This document shows positions 17,891-26,224 of a stretch of 64,000 nt of DNA, piece by piece. How positions within the stretch are numbered: position 1 is the stretch's first letter; each line of letters starts with the position of its first letter. The translations under genes and the position numbers were made by a program. This stretch comes from Candidatus Micrarchaeota archaeon (GTDB taxonomy: Archaea > Micrarchaeota > Micrarchaeia > Norongarragalinales > Norongarragalinaceae). The notes beneath the pieces are model-generated. The model was not told where the DNA came from and ran no database searches. It saw nothing but the letters and a program-made list of their open reading frames with translations. The DNA lies in contig JACQQD010000008.1 in assembly GCA_016207165.1 (NCBI GenBank), positions 64,001-128,000 on the forward strand, read 5' to 3'.

Positions 17891-17974
17891 ATATCGTTCG
17901 CATCTTTTCCAATACGTTTTTAACCTTGTTTCCATCTCTTTGTTTACTTTCAAGTTGTGAGGTTTGTTTGTCCC

Positions 17975-18586
17975 ATGGATTTCAGGATGACTTTTTTGGC
18001 GTTGGTTTTCGCTTCGTTGCTGGTGTTGGGGTGCGCGCAACCGGCACCCGCCGATTCGTCGGCCACGCCGGCACCGAGTTTGACTGCGTCCACTACGCCG
18101 GAGCCGTCTCCATCCGTTGCGCCCCCTAGTAGTTCTTCTGTTGCTCCTTCCGAAAAACCAAGCCCTTTGGCGCAAGCCAAGCCGTCGCTGTCGGAGTTCG
18201 CGTTCCAGGTGCATAAAGCCACCAGTGCCGCGTTTAACGACACGCGGGACATGCGGGAAGTTTCGGCTACCTTGTGGGTGCAGGATGACTTCACGTCGCA
18301 GTACCAGTATTCCGTGTCCGTGAAGCGTTCCGTGTCGCGGGGTTGGTCGGCTTTTGACACCGTTATCACGCTGAAAGGCGACGAGGATGGTTCTAGCAAG
18401 GAGGCGGCTGTCAAGGAGGAGCCGTCTGGCACGTTTTACCGCTACCAGGCCACCATCAAGTGTTTTGACGCGTCGTACGACGTTGACTTGGATTTGCGGG
18501 ATTACGTGCAGGACTTGTCCGGGTCGTTGCGCAAGAGCTTGGGTGCGGCCGTCATGGCCAAACTGGTTTCGGTGTGCCCGGATTAG
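17975..18586 (+). CDS. Lipoprotein with Pro/Ser-rich linker
   Basis: Hydrophobic signal ending LVLG-C; S/P/T linker; small C-terminal domain with two Cys. Confidence 0.8.
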   Translation: MDFRMTFLALVFASLLVLGCAQPAPADSSATPAPSLTASTTPEPSPSVAPPSSSSVAPSEKPSPLAQAKPSLSEFAFQVHKATSAAFNDTRDMREVSATLWVQDDFTSQYQYSVSVKRSVSRGWSAFDTVITLKGDEDGSSKEAAVKEEPSGTFYRYQATIKCFDASYDVDLDLRDYVQDLSGSLRKSLGAAVMAKLVSVCPD

Positions 18587-18671
18587 ACCCATTGCTTTTT
18601 TATAGACGGGGTGGCACTACGTGCTTCTCCGATTTTTTTTTACCCTATTCGGATGATTGGTTTTTCACCAT

Positions 18672-19394
18672 ATGGTCAAGCGCGAAACCCTGTTGAAGTA
18701 CGGCGCCTTAGCCTTGATTTTGTTCTTCGTGTTCGAGGCGTTTTTCCCGTTGTTGTTTACGGCGAACGCGTCGGCGACGCCGGTTCCGTCTGTTGACCCG
18801 TCGGCTTTGTCGTTTACGGCGTCGGTAACGGCCAACGTATTGGTGGTCGCGTTGACGGATTTGGCGTTGGGCGCGTGCGCGTCGTCGGATGTGGATTTGG
18901 AGTCCATTCGCGCGTTTCCGGAAGTGTCGCAAGCCTTTTTTGCTTCGGATTCCTTGTTGACGGTTCGCTTGAAGGCCAACGCGTCAACGGTTGCCTTGGA
19001 GGATTATGTGGCCAAAAATTGCTTGCTTCCGTTGTACCGGTCAGCCATCCTGGACGTGCCGGCTTTGACGTTGAACACGTCCAACCAGGGTGAACAGTTT
19101 TTGTCGCGGCGCCAGATGCAGGCGTTCGCACAAAGCCAGGGCTTATCTGGCTTGCAGGGATTTGTTTCCGCCAAGGCGGTGCCTGGGCAGACGGTGAACG
19201 CCACGGTGCAGGTGGCCGTGCAAAACAATGCGTTGGCGGCGGTAACCATCCAGCAGTTGGAGTCCGATGTGGCGGCATCCGGACCTGTGTTCGTAGACGA
19301 GAGAAGCGCCAACGCCACTGAATCGAGTAACGCTTCGGTTTCCAACGTCTCCACGGCGTCTCCCGCAGGGAACGCTTCTGAGTCTGTTGGGTAA
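18672..19394 (+). CDS. Membrane-anchored exported hypothetical protein
   Basis: N-terminal TM; tail rich in N-x-S/T sequons. Confidence 0.75.
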   Translation: MVKRETLLKYGALALILFFVFEAFFPLLFTANASATPVPSVDPSALSFTASVTANVLVVALTDLALGACASSDVDLESIRAFPEVSQAFFASDSLLTVRLKANASTVALEDYVAKNCLLPLYRSAILDVPALTLNTSNQGEQFLSRRQMQAFAQSQGLSGLQGFVSAKAVPGQTVNATVQVAVQNNALAAVTIQQLESDVAASGPVFVDERSANATESSNASVSNVSTASPAGNASESVG

Positions 19395-19453
19395 CGCCTC
19401 GCTAAACGCGCATCCAATTTGAGTGCTTGACGAAAGAAGGTGAATGAGGTCTC

Positions 19454-20116
19454 ATGAAAGTTCAACAAAACGATTTGGTGGAATTGGAGTACTCGGCGAA
19501 AGCCGATGGACGCGTTTTTGACACGACGTTTTCTGACGAGGCCAAAAAAGCGGGTATTTTCAACGAGAAATCCAAGTATGGGCCGGTGCTGGTCGCTGTC
19601 GGCAAGAAGCAAGTCATTTCGGGCTTGGACGAAGCGCTTTTGGGTGTGGACGAGGGAAAGCCGGTTTCGGCGTCGTTTACCCCGGAAAAGGCGTTCGGCG
19701 AGCGGCGCGCCGACTTGGTGGGCCTCATTCCATTGCAGCGTTTCCGCGAGAACAACTTGGACCCCCAGCCCGGCCAAGTCGTGGAACTGGATGGCCGGCC
19801 GGCGAAGATTCAAAGCGTGTCCGGGGGCCGCGTGCGCGTGGACTTCAACTCGGATTTGGCGGGCAAAACCGTGGATTATTCCTTCAAAGTGTTGAAAGTC
19901 TTTCGTTCGCCGGAGGAAAAAGTCCAGGCGCTCTCTAAGTGGCTTGGGGATGCCGCGAAGGCGGAGTTCAAGGACGGCGTGGTTTCGGTTTCCCTTTCCC
20001 TAAAGAAGGACCAGGCCGCGGACGTCGTCATGAAAAAATTCCGTTTCCTGGAGGGCGTCTTCGCTGAAGTCGAAGGACTCGCGTCCGTTCGTTTTGAGGA
20101 GGAGTACGTCAAGTAG
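19454..20116 (+). CDS. slyD: Long-type archaeal FKBP peptidyl-prolyl isomerase
   Basis: DGRVFDTT, VISGLDEAL, PEKAFGER and RVRVDFN..LAGK motifs; SD GAGGT. Confidence 0.92.
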   Translation: MKVQQNDLVELEYSAKADGRVFDTTFSDEAKKAGIFNEKSKYGPVLVAVGKKQVISGLDEALLGVDEGKPVSASFTPEKAFGERRADLVGLIPLQRFRENNLDPQPGQVVELDGRPAKIQSVSGGRVRVDFNSDLAGKTVDYSFKVLKVFRSPEEKVQALSKWLGDAAKAEFKDGVVSVSLSLKKDQAADVVMKKFRFLEGVFAEVEGLASVRFEEEYVK

Positions 20117-20130
20117 GCCTTCTTCGCCTT

Positions 20131-20177
20131 ACAGTAAACCACGAAAGTTTCCCGACAAAATAGTCGTGGTTTACTGT
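20131..20177. repeat. Dispersed hairpin repeat, copy C
   Basis: Perfect 14-bp stem ACAGTAAACCACGA/TCGTGGTTTACTGT; loop AAGTTTCCCGACAAAATAG. Confidence 0.8.
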
Positions 20178-20178
20178 C

Positions 20179-20222
20179 TAGCAAACCCCGCCTATTCGTC
20201 GTGAAATTTGCGGGGTTTGCTA
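20179..20222. repeat. Dispersed hairpin repeat, copy D (inverted relative to C)
   Basis: Perfect 13-bp stem TAGCAAACCCCGC/GCGGGGTTTGCTA; loop reverse complement AAATTTCACGACGAATAG; supplies the vapC stop codon. Confidence 0.8.
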
Positions 20223-20590
20223 TAAAGCATTTGGACGTCTTTGAAACCCGTAAAGTGTGCGTCGCCCGTTAGCAGTTTGGATTGCGTGTATTTGGCCGTG
20301 GCGTAGATGATGGCGTCGGACGCATGCAGTTTTTTTCTGTGCTTGAGTTCTGCGGCATTCAACGCGATGTCGGACGTTACGTCGATGATTTGGCTGCGTC
20401 TTTTAATGAATTCAAGGCGGCTTTGGTATTCCAGGCCTTGCTTGAGGTATTTGGCCTTGAACTCCATGAGGCTTAATGCGGATGTGTAGACGAGCGGCTC
20501 CCGTTCTAGGATGCGTTTCACTTTTTTTCCCTGGTCCTCGCCGAGAAAATAGACCATCCACGCGTAGGTGTCAAACGTCAGGCTCATCAT
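20192..20590 (-). CDS. vapC: PIN-domain toxin
   Basis: FDTYAW, S..SLME, L..SDAIIYATA and LLTGDAHF motifs. Confidence 0.92.
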   Translation of the reverse strand: MMSLTFDTYAWMVYFLGEDQGKKVKRILEREPLVYTSALSLMEFKAKYLKQGLEYQSRLEFIKRRSQIIDVTSDIALNAAELKHRKKLHASDAIIYATAKYTQSKLLTGDAHFTGFKDVQMLYSKPRKFHDE

Positions 20591-20774
20591 GATCACGAAT
20601 GTCGTCCAAGTTCATGCCTCGGTACTTTTTGTCAACGCCGAACATGTCCGTGTCGGTTTTTTCCAGAACCAAGTGTTCATAGAGGGCTTGGTTGATTTTT
20701 TCCGACAAATCCTTCTTGCCCTCGGTTTTGAGCAATCGGTACAATTCGTCCCTCAGCATGATGGTCGTCTTCAT
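20571..20774 (-). CDS. vapB: RHH-type antitoxin
   Basis: MKTTIML.DELY..L, LSEKIN.AL and MFG motifs; overlaps the vapC start. Confidence 0.82.
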   Translation of the reverse strand: MKTTIMLRDELYRLLKTEGKKDLSEKINQALYEHLVLEKTDTDMFGVDKKYRGMNLDDIRDHDEPDV

Positions 20775-20781
20775 GCAATCA

Positions 20782-20797
20782 CCGTAATTAATTACGG
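20782..20797. promoter_or_regulatory. Palindromic operator of vapBC
   Basis: Perfect 16-bp palindrome CCGTAATTAATTACGG, 7 nt upstream of the antitoxin start. Confidence 0.65.
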
Positions 20798-20938
20798 CAT
20801 CCTCGTTATTAACCATATCTGCAACGCGTAGTCAATGCAACGATGCCGCTACTTAAAGCGACGGAGGCCTCCTGGCCGGTGAACGGTACGTTAGTCTGAC
20901 ACTTGTCTGGGTGATCGCGTCGGATGAAATTTGGCTTG

Positions 20939-23900
20939 TTAGGCTTGCACTTGTTGGGGTTGGATTTGAGGCGTGTCGGCGAATCCTTGGGGTCCGCCGA
21001 GTTGTTGTTGGTTGTAGTAGCCTTGCGCGAATCCGCAGCCGATTCCGCTGAGCGCGGCGTAGGGGCCCAAGTCCTTCATGAGGGTGGAAATCAAGAAGCT
21101 GTTGCCCAGCTCGATGGCGGCGTTCTTGGAAAACGGCGAGCAGTCCGGTGACAATCCCAGGTGGATGATTTTGGTGAACTGGCGTCCGTTGGGAAACATT
21201 TCGATGCAGGCCGGTTTTTGTTGGCAGAACGCTTTGCATCCCTTAAGTTCGCCTTTGAGTTCGTCCAGTTTGTCGTTGGCTTCCGTCCATTGGTCGTTCA
21301 AATCACCAATCGGTGAACTATCTTGAGCCCCAGTTGTCTGTGGGAGTTTTTCCTTGAGCGCGTCGGCTTCTTTTTGCGCTTCCTGGATTTGTTTGCTGAT
21401 TTTGTCGTAATCCGAATAGCACGTGAATTGCGAGAATTGGGGTCTTAGTCCTGGCGGGATTTCGAACAAGGGGTACTGCATGGCGTTGCACTTCTGTTTG
21501 GTGGCTTTGAGTTGGGATTCCAGGTTCTTCAAGTCGGCCCGCGCCTTTTCCGTGGCTTTTTTGGCGTTGGTACATGCTGCTGCGGTTGGGTCCGATCCGC
21601 ATGCCGTTGTTTGAGTAGCCTCTAATTTTGGGATTTCGACGGTTTTCTTTTGCTTGATTTGAGTGTCCAAGTCGATGACTTTTTTTCCGAGGGACTCGCA
21701 TTGGGCTTTGAAGATGGGTGCTTGGATGAATAACGCGAACTGGATTTGGGGTTGGGTGTGTTGGTCGTTGGCTTGGTTCTGGCTGGGAAGCACGGGGTTG
21801 GTGGTGGCGACGATCACGGGTCCTTGCGCGTGTAGGAAGCCGCAGAGCGGAATCTGGTTTTGCGGTTGGTCCAAGTTGTCGTGAAGTTCCAGGGTGCTTG
21901 CCGTGTACTGGAAGTTTTGTCCGTCCGACGTGGTGGCCTGTACCAGGAACACGGCTGGGTCGCCAGCTCGGCAGCCCGTCGAGCGCTTGACTTCAAAGCC
22001 GGCGGCCTCCAATGCTTTGTCGGCGTCTTCGGTCAGCTGCATGACGGTGGAGAACGTGAATGGGTCTGCGGCAATGCGGCGCTCTTCCGCGAAATTCAGT
22101 TGGCTGGCGGGCGCGGTCTGGGCGGAGGAAACCGTGAGGGTGACTTCGGCGTAGCGGTTGGCGGTGGTGGCTTCATGGTGGACGCTTTGCACGTTGATGA
22201 CCAAGCCGCTGGTTGTTTTTTGTTCTCCGGCGAACGCTTCCACGGCGTCCACCACGGCGCCTTGCGCGTTTTTCACGTCGAAAAAAGCCTTGGTTCGTCC
22301 GCTAACTGTCTCGATTGCCGTCAATTGGATCTTGAATCCGTTGGCCGCGGTTTTTTCGTCGTTGATGTGCATGGCGTCGGCGCTTGGGGACGCGGTTGGG
22401 TTAGGGGAGGCCGATGCCGTGGGGCTTGGGCTGGCACTGGGTGTGGTGGACGCGCCGGGGCTTGGACTTGCCGAGGCGGTGGGGGACGCTGTAGGCGTGG
22501 GGTTGGGCGTTGTCGTGGGCATGGCGTTTGAACCGCGGCGGAATACGGTGGCTTGAGCGGTTTTTTGGGCTTCTTGTTTGAAGGCGGAAATGGCTTGGAT
22601 GGCGGCGGTGCCAGTGCACCAGCCTTGGGCGCAGGACATGTAGTCGGATGCGCTTGAAACGCGGCTTCCAAGCGTGCCAATGCCTTCAAAGTAGGCGGGC
22701 CCGTTTTCGTACGTCCACTCGCCTACAACGGTTTCTCCCTCCAACAGCGTCAAGGTTCCCGGTCCTTTCCAGGACAACGCGGTGGCGGCGTGGTCCGACA
22801 GGGTAATGGTGCCGGAAGCGCCAAGCGGCGTGAGGGTGCGGAGGCCTTGCTGTTTTTGGTTGACGACGTACAGCAATTTCGCGGTGCCTTCGCCTTCATC
22901 GAGTTTTTGGGGAGCGGCCGTCAAGGAATTGACTTGGGCGACGTGGATGCGGATGGGCACTTCTTTTTGGGCTTGGACTCCGGAGCAGAGCGCTTGCAAA
23001 ACGAGTTTGGCTTGCGGGTCTTGTTGGAGTTTGACTTGGTTTCCTTCGACAAAGGAGGGACATGACGCGGAAAAATCCTTGGTTGAAAACGTCAGGCTTT
23101 CCCGGCTGACTTGGTAGCAGGACGATTGGCTGGACTGGATTTTAAATCCGATGGTGCACGACGCGTCGTTGAAGTTCAGGGGCACGGCGTCCTTGGGGTA
23201 GATGGCGTCGACTTCCAGGACGATTTCCGGTGCGTCCACCTCGATTTGTCCGGTGGCTGGATTGAAGGAAATGCCGACTTTCGGCGTGTATTGGTGGCCG
23301 GATGGCAACGGGTTTGGCGTGCCGGGCGGTGGCGTGGGCGTTGGAGTTCCGGTTCCTCCGTTGCCTCCTCCGTTTCCACCGCCTATGCTTCCAGCGACCA
23401 GCGGCAACTTGATTTCATAGGTTTTTGGGTAGCACGTCTGGCCGGCGGGGTCAAGCGGATCGCGGGCGTAAACGCTGCCCGCGTTGGTGTGCGTCGCGTA
23501 GTACAAGGACAGCGCTTGGTTGGTGGACGCGCCTTCGCGTACGCGGACGACAAACGAGACTAGCCGTACGGCGGGCTCGTCGTAGTCCAAGGCCACCCAC
23601 TTGTAGCCTTGCAGGCCGGAAGTGAATTCGGGTTGCAGGTCTGCGCACGAGGTGGAGGGGTTGTACTCCGTGCTTTTTTGGGCGGCGTCGGCGGTGGAAT
23701 GCTCGATGATGGCGACATCGTCGCCGTCCACCGATGACTTGGATCCGACGCGCAAGTAGATGCCTTGCGCTTCGGCTTGGGCGGCGGGGGTCGCGTTGAA
23801 TTCCACGACGTACTCGCGGCCGGGTTGTAGGCTCTGTACGGGTTGGCCGGAGACGTCTTTGATTTGGATGAACTCGATTTTCGCTCCGCCGGACGCTTGG

Positions 23901-25702
23901 CTTGGCACCATGACGGCCGAGAGGTTGCGTTGTTCGTCGTCAGCCATTACCAGGCTTGCGGCAAAGACGCGGAATCCGTCGGCCGTGACGCGGAGGCGGT
24001 TTTCCACCAAGGCGGCTGTGGTAAACGAACACGCCGCGCCTTGGCACGTCTGCGTGGATTCGATGAGGTTGGAAAGCTCCATGGCCGCTGGAACGGCTTG
24101 GCTGTCCACGGCGTTACTCGTTTTCACGTTCAACGTCGCGCGGTGAATGGTCAATGTAATGGTCGCCGTGGACCCGCCTTGCTCGACGTTCGTCGTGCCG
24201 CGGACGGTTTTGGTTCCAAATTGCGCGAACACGCCCACGGTTCCCACCGGAATTTCGTCAAATCGCGCTTCGCCTTGAGAATCCGTTTCGACGTCTGCAG
24301 AAAAAACGCGGTTCTCTTTTTCCAGCCGCACGTTGGCTCCGGAAAGGCTTTCTCCGTATTCGTCTTGGACGCGGACCGTGAGCGTCGCGGCGTTAAACGG
24401 CGTGGCTTTCTCCAGTTGGATGACGTGGTTTTGTCCGGCCACCAAGTCGAACGTTTTGGCCAGGAATCCGGGCGACTGGATCCACACGTAATACGTTCCC
24501 GGACTTACCAAAAGCTCCCATTGTTCGCCGTCAAATGCCGCCAGCTCGATGGCGGGCGGCTTGAAGACTTTCGCGGAAAAGTAAAGCGCGTTTTCGTCTT
24601 TGTCCACGGCTTTAATCGTGGTTTTCTCGCCGACGGGCGCGTCCGCCCCGGCCAACGCGATCTGGAATTCCGTGAATTCCTCCACGACTTTGGCTCGGGC
24701 CGATCCGTCAAACAACGCGAATCCTTCGGCGTTGATCGTCGGGTAGACGCTGTCGCCGATGGGGGCCGTGAAAACAATGACGCCCTCCACCGTCGTTCCT
24801 TCACCCAACAGGACGGCTTGAGCGTTGTAGAGCTTGACGTTTCCGTTGACGGGGTCCGAGCCGTTGGTGATGGTGACCGTTACGATTCCTTGGTCGGAAA
24901 ACGAGGTGCCTGGCGGAGTCAGCGTCCCCGTACCCCCGCCTTGGTTTTCCCCGCCCCCGCTTCCGGGTTGCGTGAAGAGTGCCTGGTTGGTTGCCTTGAG
25001 GTATACCGTGACGTCGCCGCCGCCGCGGACGGTCCGAACATCCGGCTTGTAGCCCGTCTTGCTGATGCGCAGGTTCATGACGGCGGCTTGCGGCAAAATG
25101 GCTTCGCCTTGCGCGTTGGTGGTTTCCTGGCCGTTTTGTTTGGCGGAGTTAAAGGCGATGGACGCGGCCGAAATGGGTTGCTTGGTTTGCTCGTCTTGCA
25201 CGATAACGCGCAGGCGGCTGCGATCCAAAAATCCGATGCTGGAGCCATCCGACCCGCTTTTCAAGTCGACGCGAAGCGACGTCTGGTCCGCCAACAGCGT
25301 GCGGCGCGCGGGGTCAAAGCCTTCCTGGAGGATGCGCACCGTGTACTCGCGTTGCGGCACGTCGCTGAATACGGCGGCGCCGTTTTGCGCCCGCTTTTCG
25401 GCGATGACTTCGCCGTCCAGCAACAGTTGTATTCGGGCGCCGTCCAGGGGTTGTCCGTCGGCGTCGACTTGGATGGTGACCGTCTTGACGCCCGTAGTCT
25501 GCGTCAACACCAACAAGGCGCCCGCGGAAATCGCCACGATCAACAACAAAAACACCGGCATGGAGGGAATGCCGGCGCCTTCAATGGGCTTGACGAAGAA
25601 ATCCAGAAATGGAATGCCTTTGCGTTGAAGGCCTTCGGCAAAGTCATAGTAGTGGTCCTCAATGGAAAAGTACGCGGCCTTGAGTCCGTCAAGAAACCCC
25701 AT
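20939..25702 (-). CDS. Giant membrane-anchored surface protein (1587 aa) with carboxypeptidase-regulatory-like beta repeats, an S-layer-like domain and a C-terminal Cys/coiled-coil region
   Basis: N-terminal E..GIPS plus TM; repeated V.D..G.P..GA.V...T...G.A.F...GF/Y units; P/T/S linkers. Confidence 0.88.
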   Translation of the reverse strand: MGFLDGLKAAYFSIEDHYYDFAEGLQRKGIPFLDFFVKPIEGAGIPSMPVFLLLIVAISAGALLVLTQTTGVKTVTIQVDADGQPLDGARIQLLLDGEVIAEKRAQNGAAVFSDVPQREYTVRILQEGFDPARRTLLADQTSLRVDLKSGSDGSSIGFLDRSRLRVIVQDEQTKQPISAASIAFNSAKQNGQETTNAQGEAILPQAAVMNLRISKTGYKPDVRTVRGGGDVTVYLKATNQALFTQPGSGGGENQGGGTGTLTPPGTSFSDQGIVTVTITNGSDPVNGNVKLYNAQAVLLGEGTTVEGVIVFTAPIGDSVYPTINAEGFALFDGSARAKVVEEFTEFQIALAGADAPVGEKTTIKAVDKDENALYFSAKVFKPPAIELAAFDGEQWELLVSPGTYYVWIQSPGFLAKTFDLVAGQNHVIQLEKATPFNAATLTVRVQDEYGESLSGANVRLEKENRVFSADVETDSQGEARFDEIPVGTVGVFAQFGTKTVRGTTNVEQGGSTATITLTIHRATLNVKTSNAVDSQAVPAAMELSNLIESTQTCQGAACSFTTAALVENRLRVTADGFRVFAASLVMADDEQRNLSAVMVPSQASGGAKIEFIQIKDVSGQPVQSLQPGREYVVEFNATPAAQAEAQGIYLRVGSKSSVDGDDVAIIEHSTADAAQKSTEYNPSTSCADLQPEFTSGLQGYKWVALDYDEPAVRLVSFVVRVREGASTNQALSLYYATHTNAGSVYARDPLDPAGQTCYPKTYEIKLPLVAGSIGGGNGGGNGGTGTPTPTPPPGTPNPLPSGHQYTPKVGISFNPATGQIEVDAPEIVLEVDAIYPKDAVPLNFNDASCTIGFKIQSSQSSCYQVSRESLTFSTKDFSASCPSFVEGNQVKLQQDPQAKLVLQALCSGVQAQKEVPIRIHVAQVNSLTAAPQKLDEGEGTAKLLYVVNQKQQGLRTLTPLGASGTITLSDHAATALSWKGPGTLTLLEGETVVGEWTYENGPAYFEGIGTLGSRVSSASDYMSCAQGWCTGTAAIQAISAFKQEAQKTAQATVFRRGSNAMPTTTPNPTPTASPTASASPSPGASTTPSASPSPTASASPNPTASPSADAMHINDEKTAANGFKIQLTAIETVSGRTKAFFDVKNAQGAVVDAVEAFAGEQKTTSGLVINVQSVHHEATTANRYAEVTLTVSSAQTAPASQLNFAEERRIAADPFTFSTVMQLTEDADKALEAAGFEVKRSTGCRAGDPAVFLVQATTSDGQNFQYTASTLELHDNLDQPQNQIPLCGFLHAQGPVIVATTNPVLPSQNQANDQHTQPQIQFALFIQAPIFKAQCESLGKKVIDLDTQIKQKKTVEIPKLEATQTTACGSDPTAAACTNAKKATEKARADLKNLESQLKATKQKCNAMQYPLFEIPPGLRPQFSQFTCYSDYDKISKQIQEAQKEADALKEKLPQTTGAQDSSPIGDLNDQWTEANDKLDELKGELKGCKAFCQQKPACIEMFPNGRQFTKIIHLGLSPDCSPFSKNAAIELGNSFLISTLMKDLGPYAALSGIGCGFAQGYYNQQQLGGPQGFADTPQIQPQQVQA

Positions 25703-25736
25703 GAAGGAAAGTGAAGCCGCAGGCGGATAAAAACGT

Positions 25737-26165
25737 TTAGAACAGCCGGTCCGAGAGGTAGTGCGACGCGTAGGCGATCACGCCGTTGGCAGCCACCCCC
25801 ATTTCGCGCGTCAACGCATACGCGGCCAGGCCAAAAACCAGGGCGGCCAGGGGATGGTGCGTGATGCCGCGGTGCCGGGGCTTCAAGATGGACACGGCGA
25901 TCGCGGCCAGGGCGGCGGCTAAGGCGGCCGCCACGGCGCGGGCCGGGTTGTCCAAGGAAATGGTTTGGTACGCGGCGGCAAAAACCAGGGCCGCGACGGC
26001 GACCAAAGCAAACTTGAAAATCCGCGTTTTTTTGTGGTCCACGTCCGGCAAAATCGCGCCCAAGAAAACCACGGCGAAAAGCGGGAGCGTCCAGGCCACG
26101 CCGGCGGCGACGTTGAACGCGTGCGCGAGGGCAAACGCGAGTGCAACGTGCGGCATCCAGTTCAT
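25737..26165 (-). CDS. Membrane-bound metal-dependent hydrolase (YdjM-like)
   Basis: N-terminal H, GAILPDVDH, HRGITH and YASHYLSD motifs; hydrophobic. Confidence 0.88.
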   Translation of the reverse strand: MNWMPHVALAFALAHAFNVAAGVAWTLPLFAVVFLGAILPDVDHKKTRIFKFALVAVAALVFAAAYQTISLDNPARAVAAALAAALAAIAVSILKPRHRGITHHPLAALVFGLAAYALTREMGVAANGVIAYASHYLSDRLF

Positions 26166-26224
26166 GGAAAAGCCCTTACCGTTTTTAGAAGCTTTATATA
26201 TTTGGTCCAAGCTAGTGTTCTGGT

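Noticed and set aside
15751-17892. Long antisense ORFs (713 aa here; also 23843-25714, 27458-28783, 36720-37991, 41070-42629)
   Set aside because: They are shadows of GC3-biased real genes on the opposite strand, with no motifs or start signals.
20131-20222. Canonical integron attC sites
   Set aside because: AAC...GTT ends are present, but they do not fit RYYYAAC/GTTRRRY, the perfect stems of C and D lack extrahelical bases, and no intI gene is in the window.
20916-20941. Possible fifth hairpin-family copy (GTCGGATGAAATTTGGCTTGTTA)
   Set aside because: Only a partial loop match and no supporting stem.
22375-22520. Pro/Thr/Ser and Gly-run tandem-like repeats in the giant genes
   Set aside because: Ordinary protein linkers with degenerate codons, not DNA-level repeat arrays.
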